A stretch of DNA of 63,977 nt, filler included, from Malassezia furfur (Eukaryota), in NCBI GenBank assembly GCA_052055015.1. It is 7 parts of 7 records of this genome, joined end to end, with 100 filler letters (N's around TTAATTAATTAA, not from the genome) between each part and the next. Parts side by side here need not be neighbours in the genome. Positions count along the whole stretch, not along the records: positions 28,193 to 37,470 come from JBQJIT010000427.1; positions 37,571 to 46,848 come from JBQJIT010000428.1; 5 more parts are not named here. One strand, 5' to 3'. How positions within the stretch are numbered: position 1 is the stretch's first letter; the number at the start of each line of letters is the position of its first letter. Position numbers and translations under genes: made by a program. Under the pieces are notes generated by a model. That model made no database searches. It had not been told where the DNA came from and saw only the letters and a program-made list of their open reading frames with translations. Below, one piece after another: positions 29,968 to 40,905 of this stretch.

Positions 29968-30963
29968 ATGGTTTCCCGCGATGCGTGGGAGGCGCGCCTC
30001 GCGCAGGTCCCGGTCTCAAAAAGGTGTGTGACGGACCATGCCTCGTAGAGGATGAGTCTTTTTTGAAGTGGGAATCTCTCCGAAACACATTGAGGACACT
30101 GTTTTTCTTCATTGCTGATCCCACCGCGCTTCCCGAACGGGACTGACCGACAGGGACCTGGACCGCCTCGTGATGGATTACCTCGTTGTCCAGGGCTACA
30201 AGTCCGCGGCAGAGACTTTCGGCGAGGAGACGCTGATCGTGCCTGAGATGGACATGGCCGAGATGGACGCACGCATCGTTGCACGCGACGCGCTCCTCCG
30301 CGGCGACGTCGCTGCTGCAACCGAGCTCGTGAACGACTTGAACCCCGAGGTATGTATTTTACGGCGTCGAAAGGAAGAACATTTTCATGCACCACGCTGA
30401 GCAGCTTGCTGCCGTGCGGAACAAAAACCTAATCACCATCTTTCGACTGATCGACGCCTTTTCCTGTGAACAGGACTTACACCCAGATTCTCGATACCAG
30501 TCCGCCGCTCTTTTTCCACCTGCAGCAGCTGCGCATGATCGAGCTGCTGCGGGCGGGGGACGTTGATGCGGCGCTGACATATGCGGCTGAACACCTGGCG
30601 CCTCTCGGCGAAGAGCACCCGCACCTCCTCCACGAGCTGGAGGAGACCATGTCCCTGTTTGTGTACGACATGCAGGCACCACAGGCTTCGGTACCGCCGC
30701 ATGCGACACTGCTGTACAGCCCTGCGTACCGGCAGCACGTCGCTGATGAACTGAACGCGGCGATCCTTGCATCGCAGAGCTACAATGCCTCGGCGAAGCT
30801 CGCACAGCTCCTGCAGATCTTCTCCTCGGGCGAACGGCTGCTCGGTCCCTCGGGGCCGGGCAAGACCGAGTTCCCGCACCTCGACGTCCCGGCGCTCCTC
30901 GCGCGCTCCGAGTTGGCCGAGGTGGAGGAATCCATGACCGACGATGTACATACTGTAGTTTAG
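29968..30963 (+). CDS. GID8: GID/CTLH complex subunit Gid8 (LisH-CTLH-CRA), snoRNA host
   Basis: DLDRLVMDYLVVQGYKSAAETF, NDLNPEILDT, LFFHLQQLRMIEL, RQHVADELNAAIL. Introns 30024-30153 and 30350-30486. Confidence 0.92.
30044..30123 (+). ncRNA. Intronic C/D box snoRNA, SNORD79-like (LSU rRNA guide)
   Basis: C-like AGGATGA 30049-55; guide AGTGGGAATCTC 30067-78 complementary to conserved LSU GAGAUUCCCACU; D' CCGA; C'-like TGAGGA; D CTGA 30115-18. Confidence 0.8.
30363..30458 (+). ncRNA. Intronic double-guide C/D box snoRNA (18S + 25S; SNORD32/snR40/snR39-type targets)
   Basis: Perfect 8-bp terminal stem GGCGTCGA/TCGACGCC; C-like AGGAAGA; guide CATGCACCAC before D' CTGA (18S GUGGUGCAUG); guide TCACCATCTTTCG before D CTGA (25S CGAAAGAUGGUGA). 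Confidence 0.88.
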
Positions 30964-30997
30964 TAATCTGTGGCGCGTGCGCACACCGCACCGCACC

Positions 30998-32191
30998 ATG
31001 TCTGTGCCGCCCGCACTGAAGGCGACCGCCGCGTACGTGCAGCGCGCCGACGAAGTCGCTAACGTCGACCCGGTGGTATCGTACTGGTGTACGTATGATG
31101 GCTAACGCAGGCAAATATTATGCCGCGCAGCTGGGTATCGCGAAACCGACCAACGATGCCGCGTCCAAGACCTATCTGCTCGGGCTCCTGGACGACCTTG
31201 AAACGGTGCGTCGCCATCTCTGACGCAGACCAAGAGCGGCTTGGGTGACAATGATGCCGTAACCAACGATACAGCAGGCTATGCCTATCTTGAGAATTTT
31301 GCCCTCAATATTTTCCTCGGTGCGGACAACGAAGACCGCGAGGGGCGCGCTACCAAGTAGGTGACCCACTCACATCAGGGCAACCGCAAGGACATTTCTA
31401 GCGGCAGTCCAATTTCTTGAATTGCTCAATGTATTTGGGCCGCTAGACTCCGACGTACGTGGATAGTCTCACTCCAGGTCCAGGCAAAGATCAAGTACGC
31501 CAAATGGAAAGCGGCGCAAATCTCCAAAGCGCTGCGTGAGGGCAAGAAACCTACGCCGGGCCCTGCTGTGAGTGAGGAGGAAAGCGTACTTGCGCAGCTC
31601 ATTCCACCGCAGGAAACGCACGCCCATGACGCCCATGATGCACCAGGGTCGCTCGCCGGGGAAGACAGCGTCACGACCCTCGCGGACGCAGAGGTACCAG
31701 CTGTGAAGCCCGGCGCGAGGGATCAAGTGCCGCCAAAGCACCCTGAACCTCCTACATTGCCTACGGTGCCGCGCGAGGGAACGGGCGCCGATTCGCTGTC
31801 GTTCCCCAGCGCACCCAGTACCGATGCCCCCGATGCGGCGTCCCTTCCTAGCGCGCCCAGCGCCGATGCGGCTGATTTGGTCCCTGCAGCCAGCAGCGAG
31901 AGCCGTCTGCCGTCGGTGCCGGACGACGGCGGTGCACCGGCTGCCCCCGTGCATGTGATCGCTGCAACGACGACGCCCTCGGCGCCGCCTACCAAGGCTG
32001 TATATACAACGCCGAGCGCGCCACCCCCGCCCTCCACCGATGCCCGTCTGAGTGTGACCGAGATTGCCAAGGTGCAAAAACTGTCGCGGTGGGCGAGCAG
32101 CGCGCTGGACTATGAGGATGTGGAGACGGCACGCACGCACCTTCAAGATGCGCTCCGAATTCTGGACAGCGCACGGTCGCCGCCCACGTGA
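30998..32191 (+). CDS. VTA1: Vps4 cofactor Vta1 (MIT + VASt)
   Basis: DPVVSYWCKYYAAQ, KIKYAKWKAAQI, VQKLSRWASSALDYEDVETA. Four 22-23 nt introns. Confidence 0.95.
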
Positions 32192-32265
32192 ACCCCACGT
32201 GACGCGTTCGGGCAAAAATCGAGCAGGCCGGCGGAGCGTTCCCGTAGAAACCTTATAGCATCGCG

Positions 32266-33324
32266 ATGATTGCGAGGACGTCTTTGAACCTGCTGCGCGC
32301 GGCCCCGCGCACTGGTACGTGGTGCCTACTTATACAGCTTGCGCCCCGCGCCTTCTTTCGACGTCGGCCGTGCGTCGCAGCTATGCCGACACGATTAAGA
32401 ACATCTACGTGAACAAGGACTCGAAGGTGATCTGCCAGGGTTTCACCGGCAAGACCGTACGTCTATTTACCCTAACCTCAGGCCACTTTCCACTGTGAGC
32501 AGGCGCTCGAGTACGGTACCAAGCTCGTGGGTGGTGTGTCGCCGAAGAAGGCAGGCTCCGAGCACCTCGGCCTGCCCGTGTTTGGCTCGGTCCGCGAGGC
32601 GGTGGACAAGACCAAGCCGCAGGCGTCGGTGATTTACGTGCCCCCGCCCGGTGCTGCGGACGCGATCATTGAGGCCATCGAGGCCGAGGTGCCTCTGATT
32701 GTTGCCATCACCGAGGGCATTCCCCAGAAAGACGAAGTCCGCGTCGCCAACGTGCTCAAGCAGCAGAGCAAGTCGCGTCTCGTTGGTCCCAACTGCCCCG
32801 GTGTGATCAACCCTGAGGGTTGCAAGATCGGTATCATGCCCGGCCACATCCACTCGCCCGGCCGCGTGGGAATTGTGTCGCGCTCGGGTACGCTCACCTA
32901 CGAGGCGGTGAACCAGACGACCAACGTTGGTCTGGGCCAGTCGCTGTGTGTGGGTATCGGTGGTGACCCCTACCCTGGTTCGACGACGATCGACCTTGTG
33001 AAGCTCTACCTCGATGACCCCAAGTCGGAGGGCATCGTGATCATCGGTGAGATCGGTGGCAGCATGGAGGAGGACGCCGCCGAGTACCTGGAGAAGTACA
33101 ACAAGACCCGCGAGAACCCCAAGCCGGTGGTTGCCTTCATCGCGGGCCGCACGGCGCCCCCGGGCCGCCGTATGGGCCACGCTGGTGCGATCATCAGCGG
33201 CGGCAAGGGTGGCGCGGACGACAAGGTCCGTGCGCTCACCAAGGCCGGCGCCATCGTCGCCGACAGCCCTGCCATGATCGGCGAGCTGATGCTCAAGGCC
33301 TTCAAGGACAGGGGCATGGCCTGA
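32266..33324 (+). CDS. LSC1: Succinyl-CoA ligase alpha subunit (mitochondrial)
   Basis: [38 protein letters not shown] (phospho-His). Two short introns. Confidence 0.97.
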
Positions 33325-33377
33325 ATAAGGACACATAGTCGTATGAACACTCATGGCTGCATAGCTACCGACTCCTT

Positions 33378-34512
33378 TTATGCTGCGACCGAGTCCATGG
33401 GCTGGAACTGCGTCGGGTCGTTGTTGTCTGTCGGTCAGTCTAAATGCCCCACGTACACGCCATCTCGTCTAGTGCCACCACGCAGCTCTCGCGCACCACA
33501 CGCGGCGCCTGCGAGTCCTCAGCCCACCGCTTGAGCGTCTCGACGGCTTGTGTCTGCGCCGCGTCGTCGTCGGCTTCCTCGAGCACACCGCCGAGTGCCT
33601 CGGCGGCCTCGTGGCGCACCATTTCGTGCTCCTGGCTGTCGTTCAGCACCCGGGTCATGGCTGGCACCGACGCAGGGTGGCACAGCTCGCCAAACACAAA
33701 ACAGATTTCGTGGCTGGAGGTCAGGACACACGACATACCGGAAGAGTGCACTCTCGTCCCGCAGACCGTCTGCCAGCGCCAGCACAGCCGGTGTCTCGGC
33801 GTCCTTGCCGCCCTGCTGCACCGTGTTGCGCAGCGCAAACATCGCGCGATAGCGATCAAAAAGGGAGAGCGACGTGTTCATGAGCGTGTCGCGGAACAAC
33901 GGCACATTCTCCAGCGTATACACGTTCTGCTCATCCTGCACGTTCGGAACGCGCACAATCGCTGGAGCAGGGTCAATGGGCGCGGCGGCACTGCGTTAGA
34001 TCATTGCATACGTACCGCGCAGCAGCATCGATCGCATCGCCGTGCGCCTTGTCGCGTTGCTCCTTGATCTCCTGCTCCTTTTTCCCCGTCTCTGAGTTAT
34101 CCAGCTCAATTTTGTTGATGGCCAGATGGCACGTCTCACGCACTGACACGTCCGGGTCGTGCAGATATTCGTTGAGCATCGGAAGCGCTTCAGGCGACGA
34201 AATCGCGCCCATCGCCTCAGCAGCCTCGTGCCGCACCATGGCATGCTCGCTCTCGTCCGAGAGAATCTTGGTGAGGCACGGAAGTGCGCGTGTGTCCTTT
34301 AGTTGTCCCAGGACGTAGGCCATTTCGTGCTTCAGGAGCGCCGAATCGTCACCAAAGCCCTTGGAGATGATCTCAATCACGCGCTCCATGCGATCTTCGG
34401 ACAGCGATGCAAGACCCTTGAGAGTAAACAAAGTGCGGAAACGCGCGTCCAGCTTCACATTGCCGGACGTGTTCAGCAGCGACGCCTCGAGCGCGTCCAG
34501 GTCTGGCAGCAT
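33378..34512 (-). CDS. LIA1: Deoxyhypusine hydroxylase
   Basis: Four HE motifs: LLKHEMAY, MVRHEAAEA, FRHEICF, MVRHEAAEA. Three introns. Confidence 0.95.
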
Positions 34513-34613
34513 GGCCAAAAAAGTGGATTCCAACCAGCGTCGGCGTGAGCGCTGACTAAAGCTGCAGAAAAAAAGTTGCGGTGGGCGCGCGAGCCCCTTC
34601 GCTCCAGGCAAAG

Positions 34614-35510
34614 ATGGCCAGAACAAAGCGCAACAAGGTGGTCTCGCTGACGCGGACCAAGACCAAGACCCGGGAACATAAGGAGACGCTTGTGGACCGC
34701 ATCCGTGATGCTGCACAGCAGTATGCTTACCTCTATGTGTTTGCCGTGAGCAACATGCGTAACACCTACCTGGACGAGGTGCGCAAGCTCTGGACCGGCT
34801 CCAAGATCTTTTTCGGAAAGCTGCGTGTGATTGCCAAGGCGCTGGGAGAGACTGAAGAAGAAGAGATCCGTCCGGGACTAAGCAAGATTGTACCGCGCCT
34901 GCGCGGCAATGTCGGGCTGCTGTTCACCGACTCGCCGCCTGCCGAGGTGCTTGACTGGTGCAGCGACTACCGCCGTCTCGATTTTGCGCGTATGGGCGGC
35001 CGTGCTACTGAGACTGTGGAGCTGCCCGAGGGCCCTGTTTACTGCCATACGGAGCCCCCGGAGACGCTGCCGCACAATGTTGAGCCGCAGCTCCGTGCGC
35101 TCGGCATGCCGACGCAGCTCAAGCAGGGCACACCGACGCTCCTGCAGCCCTTTACGGTGTGCAAGAAGGACGAGAAGCTCACGGCGGAGAAGGCGCAGAT
35201 CCTCAAGCATCTGATTATCCAGATGGCGCACTTCCGTCTGGTTCCTTTTGTATATTGGTCCGCCATTGGTGCCAAGGGCGACGAGTCCGAGGGTGCCATT
35301 GACGAGTTCCCCCTCAATGATGAGGACCGCGAGGTGCTGGACGATGCAGGCGTCACGCTTGGAAAGAAGAAGAGCGCGATCCGGCCCAAGAGTGGTGGTG
35401 ATGACGAAGAGATGATGGACGACGACGACGACGAAGTGGAGCCGGACGAGTTCGACCTGATTGAGGAGCGCGACAATGCAATGATGCTTCCCAAGGGGAT
35501 GCAGCTGTAG
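34614..35510 (+). CDS. MRT4: Ribosome assembly factor Mrt4
   Basis: MARTKRNKVVSLTRT, NMRNTYL, GNVGLLFTD, EPQLRALGMPT. Confidence 0.95.
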   Translation: MARTKRNKVVSLTRTKTKTREHKETLVDRIRDAAQQYAYLYVFAVSNMRNTYLDEVRKLWTGSKIFFGKLRVIAKALGETEEEEIRPGLSKIVPRLRGNVGLLFTDSPPAEVLDWCSDYRRLDFARMGGRATETVELPEGPVYCHTEPPETLPHNVEPQLRALGMPTQLKQGTPTLLQPFTVCKKDEKLTAEKAQILKHLIIQMAHFRLVPFVYWSAIGAKGDESEGAIDEFPLNDEDREVLDDAGVTLGKKKSAIRPKSGGDDEEMMDDDDDEVEPDEFDLIEERDNAMMLPKGMQL

Positions 35511-35567
35511 GATGGCAATTCATGTTGGATATCACTGCGAAAGATGCACGCACGCTATGTGCAGCCA

Positions 35568-36718
35568 CTACCTAGTCGGCAAGTCGCCCAGGTGGATACG
35601 ACGGCTGAGTGGCGAGGAGGATGTCGGAACATCCATGTAGAACCGCTTGTATTGGTAGATGCCTTCCTCGTCCTTGACGAGCTCGACATGCACCTCGCCC
35701 TCGGTCCAGGTACCCGGAGCCGTACGGAAGTTGGCAGTGAGGTCCACCGACGAGATGCCCAGGACGTCCTTCGAGCTGCCGATCAGGTCGCCGACGCTGC
35801 GCGTAACGCTGCGCAGCTTGCTCGTAATCCACCATGGCTTGGCCGGTTCTTTGGGCGGCGGCGCCGGTAGGGACACGGCAGATGGTTCGGCACTTTGCTC
35901 TTCCCACCAGCGGCGCGCTGCGTCGTAGCCATCGAGCACACGCTCCTTGGTCCAGTGCACACCATCCAGGAATCCTGTACGCGCCTTTTGCCAGAGACTC
36001 AGCGGTGTGTCTTTGTCGCGACCCTCGACAAAGAAGTGCAGGTAAAGCGTGTCTTTGCCGGTGCGAGGATCAACAACGTGCATGGAGGCCACCGTTTGTG
36101 ATGGGCGTGTCGGATGCGACGGTGGGTTCAGCGGCGAGTAGTCACTAAACTCGGTCAGTGAGGTCTGGAAGGTGTAGGGCTTGAGTAGGAATTCGTGCAC
36201 CTTGGGGCTGTTCTCGATGATCTTGCATGCCTGTTGATAGATCACCGTAGGGCTGTTCCGCGCAAACAGTTCGCTGGCCAGCGCATAGGTAATCACACCC
36301 GTGAGAGCTGCACCGAACCCAATCACCAGCAGACGGGTCGAGTTGACCGTAGCGCGCGCGACTGGGGTCAGCACAATAACGTACCCTTTTGACCGCCGCG
36401 GAGTTCCTTCCACGACTTGCCTTGCCCAGTCCACTTGTCCACACGCGAGCTTCGCGTACCCTGGGCACCCTCATAGAGCGCAGTCCCAGCGAGACCCAGC
36501 GATGTCTGCATACGCTGCGCCTCGGCGAGCTTTTTGTCGTTACGAAGCATCTTGAGAATTTCTTCCTTCTCCCGCTCGAAGCGCGCATCGTCCTCGGCAC
36601 TCGAGGGGCTCGGCTGCGTCGCCAAATTCCGAGAGAGGGGAGCGATGGGGCAACCAAAAATCGGCTGTCGTGGGACGGCGCGCAGCCATCCCACGCGGCG
36701 CATCGCGAAGCTGGCCAT
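35568..36718 (-). CDS. TIM21: Mitochondrial import protein Tim21
   Basis: Presequence, SWKELRGGQK, intron, then VARAT, a TM helix, ELFARNSPTVIY, LHFFVEG, GEVHVELVK. Confidence 0.8.
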
Positions 36719-36811
36719 CGATCGTGTACGAAGGAGGCTTCGGTGCCCGATGTCACGTGTACCCAAGGAGGAGCACGGACCTATCCGGGGTCGTGGCGCA
36801 GGACCATCACG

Positions 36812-37213
36812 ATGGGGATGAAACACAAAGAGTACCTACAGTCATCGTACATTTATGGGTGTTCCAAGTGCAAGACCCATTTGACGACGCTCGAGGCACT
36901 CATCAGCAAGGTACAGCTCGATCCACGCTGACGTGCAGGAATTTAATGGCCAAATGGGACGCGCGTACCTCTTCGATAAGGTGGTCAACGTTGACCTCGG
37001 CGAAGCAGACGACCGACATATGCGCACAGGCAAGCATACCGTGCGCGATGTGGCATGCTCACGATGCAAATCCTATTTGGGCTGGAAATATGTGCGTGGG
37101 TGCGAGCGCAGGACGCACGGCTGACACCGCAGGACCGCGCCTTTGTATCGGCGGAAAAGTACAAAGAAGGCAAATTTATTCTGGAGATTACGCTGCTGGA
37201 CGATGTGGTGTAG
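36812..37213 (+). CDS. MOH1: Yippee/Moh1 zinc-binding protein
   Basis: CSKCKTHL, ISK-EFNGQMGRAYLF, MRTGKHTVRDVAC, LGWKY-DRAF, KYKEGKFILE across two introns. Confidence 0.92.
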
Positions 37214-37470
37214 GACGCATCGCCTACGGATGCGTGACCCTTAGAGGGCGCTAGCATAGATACCCCTAATTGCTCCTGCTGTCGGTCTGCACTACGTAGG
37301 GAATCGTTTGCAGTCGATAGCCCTATGGATGCATGAAGCCGGCCAAGTCCGACACTTCCGTTAGCCCAACCGTTACGGGGAGCGCTGCAGGGAGGAGGGC
37401 TATCAGCCTTCAGACACCAGAACGGCGGCTGTCAACGGTGTGCGTGCATATCGCCCTGCAGCGCTCCCCG

Positions 37471-37570
37471 NNNNNNNNNNNNNNNNNNNNNNNNNNNNNN
37501 NNNNNNNNNNNNNNTTAATTAATTAANNNNNNNNNNNNNNNNNNNNNNNNNNNNNNNNNNNNNNNNNNNN
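37471..37570. other. Artificial contig linker
   Basis: 44N-TTAATTAATTAA-44N. Confidence 0.99.
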
Positions 37571-38520
37571 CCGGCCTGCCGCCGCTGCTCGTCCCGACGC
37601 AGACCGTGAGCGAGGCGCTGCCGGGCGTGCCGCTCGGCGAGCAGGACGCGGGCCTCGGCTCGCCGCTCGTGCAAAGTGCGCACCTCACGCGCGAGAGCTC
37701 GCTCAACTCGCTCGACTCGTTCCCCCGCGCCGCCGGTGTGCGCCGTGCCGATACGCCCGAGCAGCGCGTCGGCTCGCCGCTGATGACGCACTCGGTGCCC
37801 GTGTCGCCGACACGCACGACGTTTGGCCCGGGCGGTGCGCCGAATGCCCCGGGCGGCCCGGGTGCGATGGCCCCCGCCGGGATGCAGGAGCCGCCGCGCC
37901 AGACGTCGTCGCCGCTGTCGATGCGTTTCCCCCCGTCGCCCTTTGGGCAGGGCCCGGGCGCCGGCCCGCGGCGGCCGTCGGAGCCGAACACGATGCAGGC
38001 GAACCTCGTTGCGCCGCTGCGCTCGCACAGCCAGCCGCGTCTCGGCGGTGCGGGCAGCATCAAGCCGCCGTCGCAGACGCTGCAGGAGGGCGGCCGCCAG
38101 AACTCGCCCGACTGGCTCAACCTGTCGGACGCGCCGCGCCCCGCGACCGTGCAGGACGGGCGCCGCCCGTCGTTCCACCTGTGCGCGCAGATGCGCTGCA
38201 AAGTCTTTTTGAAGCAGAGCTACGCACAGTGGAAGTCGCTCGGCAGCGCGCGCCTGCGCGTGTACCATCTGCAACCCACCGGCACGAACCAGCTGGTGGT
38301 GCAAAACGACAAGAAACTCATCATCTCGACCATCGTGTTGCCCGACGCCGTCGAGCGCGTCGGCAAGACGGGTCTCGCGGTCGAGATCTCCGACGACGGA
38401 CGCCTGACGGGCGTCGTATACATGCTGCACATGCGCTCGGAAGAGTCGGCGCTCGGCCTCTTTGAGCAGCTGCTCGCCGGCTCGAGCCGCACCACCCTGC
38501 CCAGCTCGCCGGCGCCGTAG
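37571..38520 (+). CDS. 3' part of a protein with C-terminal PH-like domain
   Basis: Pro/Ser-rich region followed by CKVFLKQSYAQWKSLGSARL...VERVGKTGLAVEIS...LFEQLL (PH/RanBD-like pattern). Confidence 0.6.
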
Positions 38521-38590
38521 CCCCGTAGCCCCGACCTCTCCCCTCATCCCCGCCGCGTGGCCCGATCGCCCGATCCTTCACACGCGCACC

Positions 38591-39907
38591 ATGGACGACG
38601 CCCGCGGCGTCGGGGCGCGGCGCATGCCCAACGTCGTGCGCCGCGTGCAATCCCGTCCTCGTACGCCAAACGACGTGCACACCGTCGACCTGCTCCAGCT
38701 CGGCAGCGACGACGACGGCGCGCCGGGACCGAGCCGCCGCCGCACCGCGCCGCTCCCCACCGCACCACCGCCGCCGGTTGGGCGCAGCACACGCGCCGCT
38801 GCGCCGCTGCAGCTCGACGGTGGCACAACCAAGGGCCACACGCACGCACGCACGGCCACCGCGCTCGATCGCCTGGAAGACTGGCTCGGTCTGCGCTCCG
38901 CAGCGCCCGCAGCGCACCGTCCACGTCCCACGCCGGCGCCGCAGGCGCCCACCCAGCCCCAGCCCGGCAGCGTTGCGCGCACCGCGCGTGGCGCCCCCGA
39001 TACAGGCGCCTCGACCGTCGACGTGCTTGTGCATACCGTCGCGCCCTCCGACACGGTCGAGGGCATTGCGCTCCGCTACGGCGCCGACGCCCGCGTCGTG
39101 CGGCGCAGCAACCGTCTCTGGCCTGGCGACGCGGCACAAATGCGCGAGCGCATCTATATACCTGTGGTCAGCTGCAAGTGGCGGCCGGCCGATGCGCACA
39201 TCCAGGAACGCACGCAGCATGCCGACGGCTCCTTCCACCCGCCGGACGCCGGTGCGTCGGTCGCGCGCGAGCAGGTCGGGCGCGAGGCGCTGGGGTTCTT
39301 CGGCGCGGCACCCGCGCCCTACTCGGACCACGGCGAGTCGGGTGTCGACGACCTGCTCCGCCTGCAGCAGGCGCGGCGCGAACGCACCGACGCCGCCGCC
39401 GACGCCCTACCGCTGCGTACGCGCACGCCCGCCGCGCCGTCGGTACCCGTACGTGCCCCGGCACCGCACGAGGACTGGCGACCAAACGTGTGGACGTTTG
39501 GGCCGACGCGCGCGCGTGCAGCGCCCGCGAGTCCCGAGCGCGAGACACTGTTTGACGCGGGCGACGACGCGGACGACGCCCACGCACCGTCCACGTCGGC
39601 GCTCGGCCGCGAGACGCAGCGTGCGACACATACCAATCTGCTCGACGACCTCCTTCGTGGCCCGCCCACCAACACTGGCGCGGCGGCGAACTGGGTGCGC
39701 CCCATCCACTGGGGCGAGAGCCTTCCTGCGCCGCCCGGAGCGCGCGCCGAGGCGCCGATGTCGTTTGCGAGTCTGCTAGGTGACATGGCGCACGCGCGGG
39801 CGCGTGTCGAGGACGCTGTCGGCGCGGCGATGAGCGAGCTCCGGCACGTGTCGCTGGGCCGTTCGGCGCAGCGCGCGCGCAACGGCGATGTGTCGCTGCC
39901 TATGTAG
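38591..39907 (+). CDS. Intracellular LysM-domain protein
   Basis: HTVAPSDTVEGIALRYGADARVVRRSNRLW...IYIP. No signal peptide. Confidence 0.8.
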   Translation: MDDARGVGARRMPNVVRRVQSRPRTPNDVHTVDLLQLGSDDDGAPGPSRRRTAPLPTAPPPPVGRSTRAAAPLQLDGGTTKGHTHARTATALDRLEDWLGLRSAAPAAHRPRPTPAPQAPTQPQPGSVARTARGAPDTGASTVDVLVHTVAPSDTVEGIALRYGADARVVRRSNRLWPGDAAQMRERIYIPVVSCKWRPADAHIQERTQHADGSFHPPDAGASVAREQVGREALGFFGAAPAPYSDHGESGVDDLLRLQQARRERTDAAADALPLRTRTPAAPSVPVRAPAPHEDWRPNVWTFGPTRARAAPASPERETLFDAGDDADDAHAPSTSALGRETQRATHTNLLDDLLRGPPTNTGAAANWVRPIHWGESLPAPPGARAEAPMSFASLLGDMAHARARVEDAVGAAMSELRHVSLGRSAQRARNGDVSLPM

Positions 39908-39919
39908 CGTGTACACTAG

Positions 39920-40194
39920 TTACGAGCGGAAAAAGAGGTAGGCCAGCTCCAAGATCACTGCGTCAGATCCCCACGTACATCCGCCGCCTAGCAGCACGAG
40001 GCAGAACAGCGAGAGGTAGCGCACGTACGCCGGGGGGTGTTCGTCCCGCTTCTCCTCGGACTTGTGCACGAGGCCACGCGCAACGCCACCGGCATTGCGC
40101 ACATTTTGCGTTTCGCGCGCACGCTTCGCAAACTTGGCGTTCCGCGCCCGGATATCGCGCTCGGACGGCTGCGTGAGCGCCCAACACCCACCAT
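39920..40194 (-). CDS. RAMP4/Ysy6-like tail-anchored ER protein
   Basis: ATG-only first exon, introns 40169-40191 and 39958-39978. Product MPSERDIRARNAKFAKR...YLSLFCLVLLGGGLILELAYLFFRS*. Confidence 0.7.
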
Positions 40195-40250
40195 GGAGAT
40201 CGACGGCCGAAGACAGTGTGTGTATGTGGAGGCCGTGCCTTTCCGACGCC

Positions 40251-40905
40251 ATGGCCCCCGACGCGCCGCCGGGGGGCGCGAAACGCACCAAGTACACGCC
40301 GACGGGCATGCAAGCCTCGGCACTTGAGCGGCTCATGCAGAATCCAGACAAGCCCGTGAAGCTGCCCGAGCCCCCACAGGAGAAGGCCGTGCGTCCCCCG
40401 CCCGAGATGGTGCCGAACGTGAACAGCAGCACAGCGGGCGCGGGCAGCGGCGAATTCCACGTGTATACGCAAGCGCGTCAGCGCGAGAATGAGCGGCTGG
40501 GTATCCTTGCCGAGAAGGCGGAGCGTGTACGTGTCAGGCTCACCGCAGGAAAAGCAGCTCGCTGAATTCCGCGAGCGACAAGAGCAGCTCGCCGCCGAGG
40601 ACGAGCGCAAGACATCCAAGAATCGCGCGCGCCGCGAGAAAAAGAAGCAGGCACAGCTGCGTGCAAAGCAGGCGGGCATTGCCGACGACGTGCCGCGCAA
40701 GCGCAAGTGGGACGATGTACCTGTGAGCGGGTCGGCGCCCAAAGCGGTGCCCGACCCGGACACCACGGCGGCATCGAGGGACGCTTCTGGTCCCAGCGAT
40801 ACGAGGGCGCCGCCTGGAAAGCCTGCGCCGGGCGCGGAGCGCACGGAGGCCGCTCGGCTGAGTGCTTCGCCGCCTCCCGACGGTACGTCGGCTCAGGGGC
40901 CCTAG
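40251..40905 (+). CDS. PRKRIP1/DUF1168 spliceosome-associated protein
   Basis: PPPEMVPNVNSSTAGAGSGEFHVY, RENERL, KTSKNRARREKKK. Intron 40527-40548. Confidence 0.9.

Noticed and set aside
38591..39907. LysM protein as a chitin-masking effector
   Set aside because: Single LysM and no signal peptide, consistent with conserved intracellular LysM proteins.
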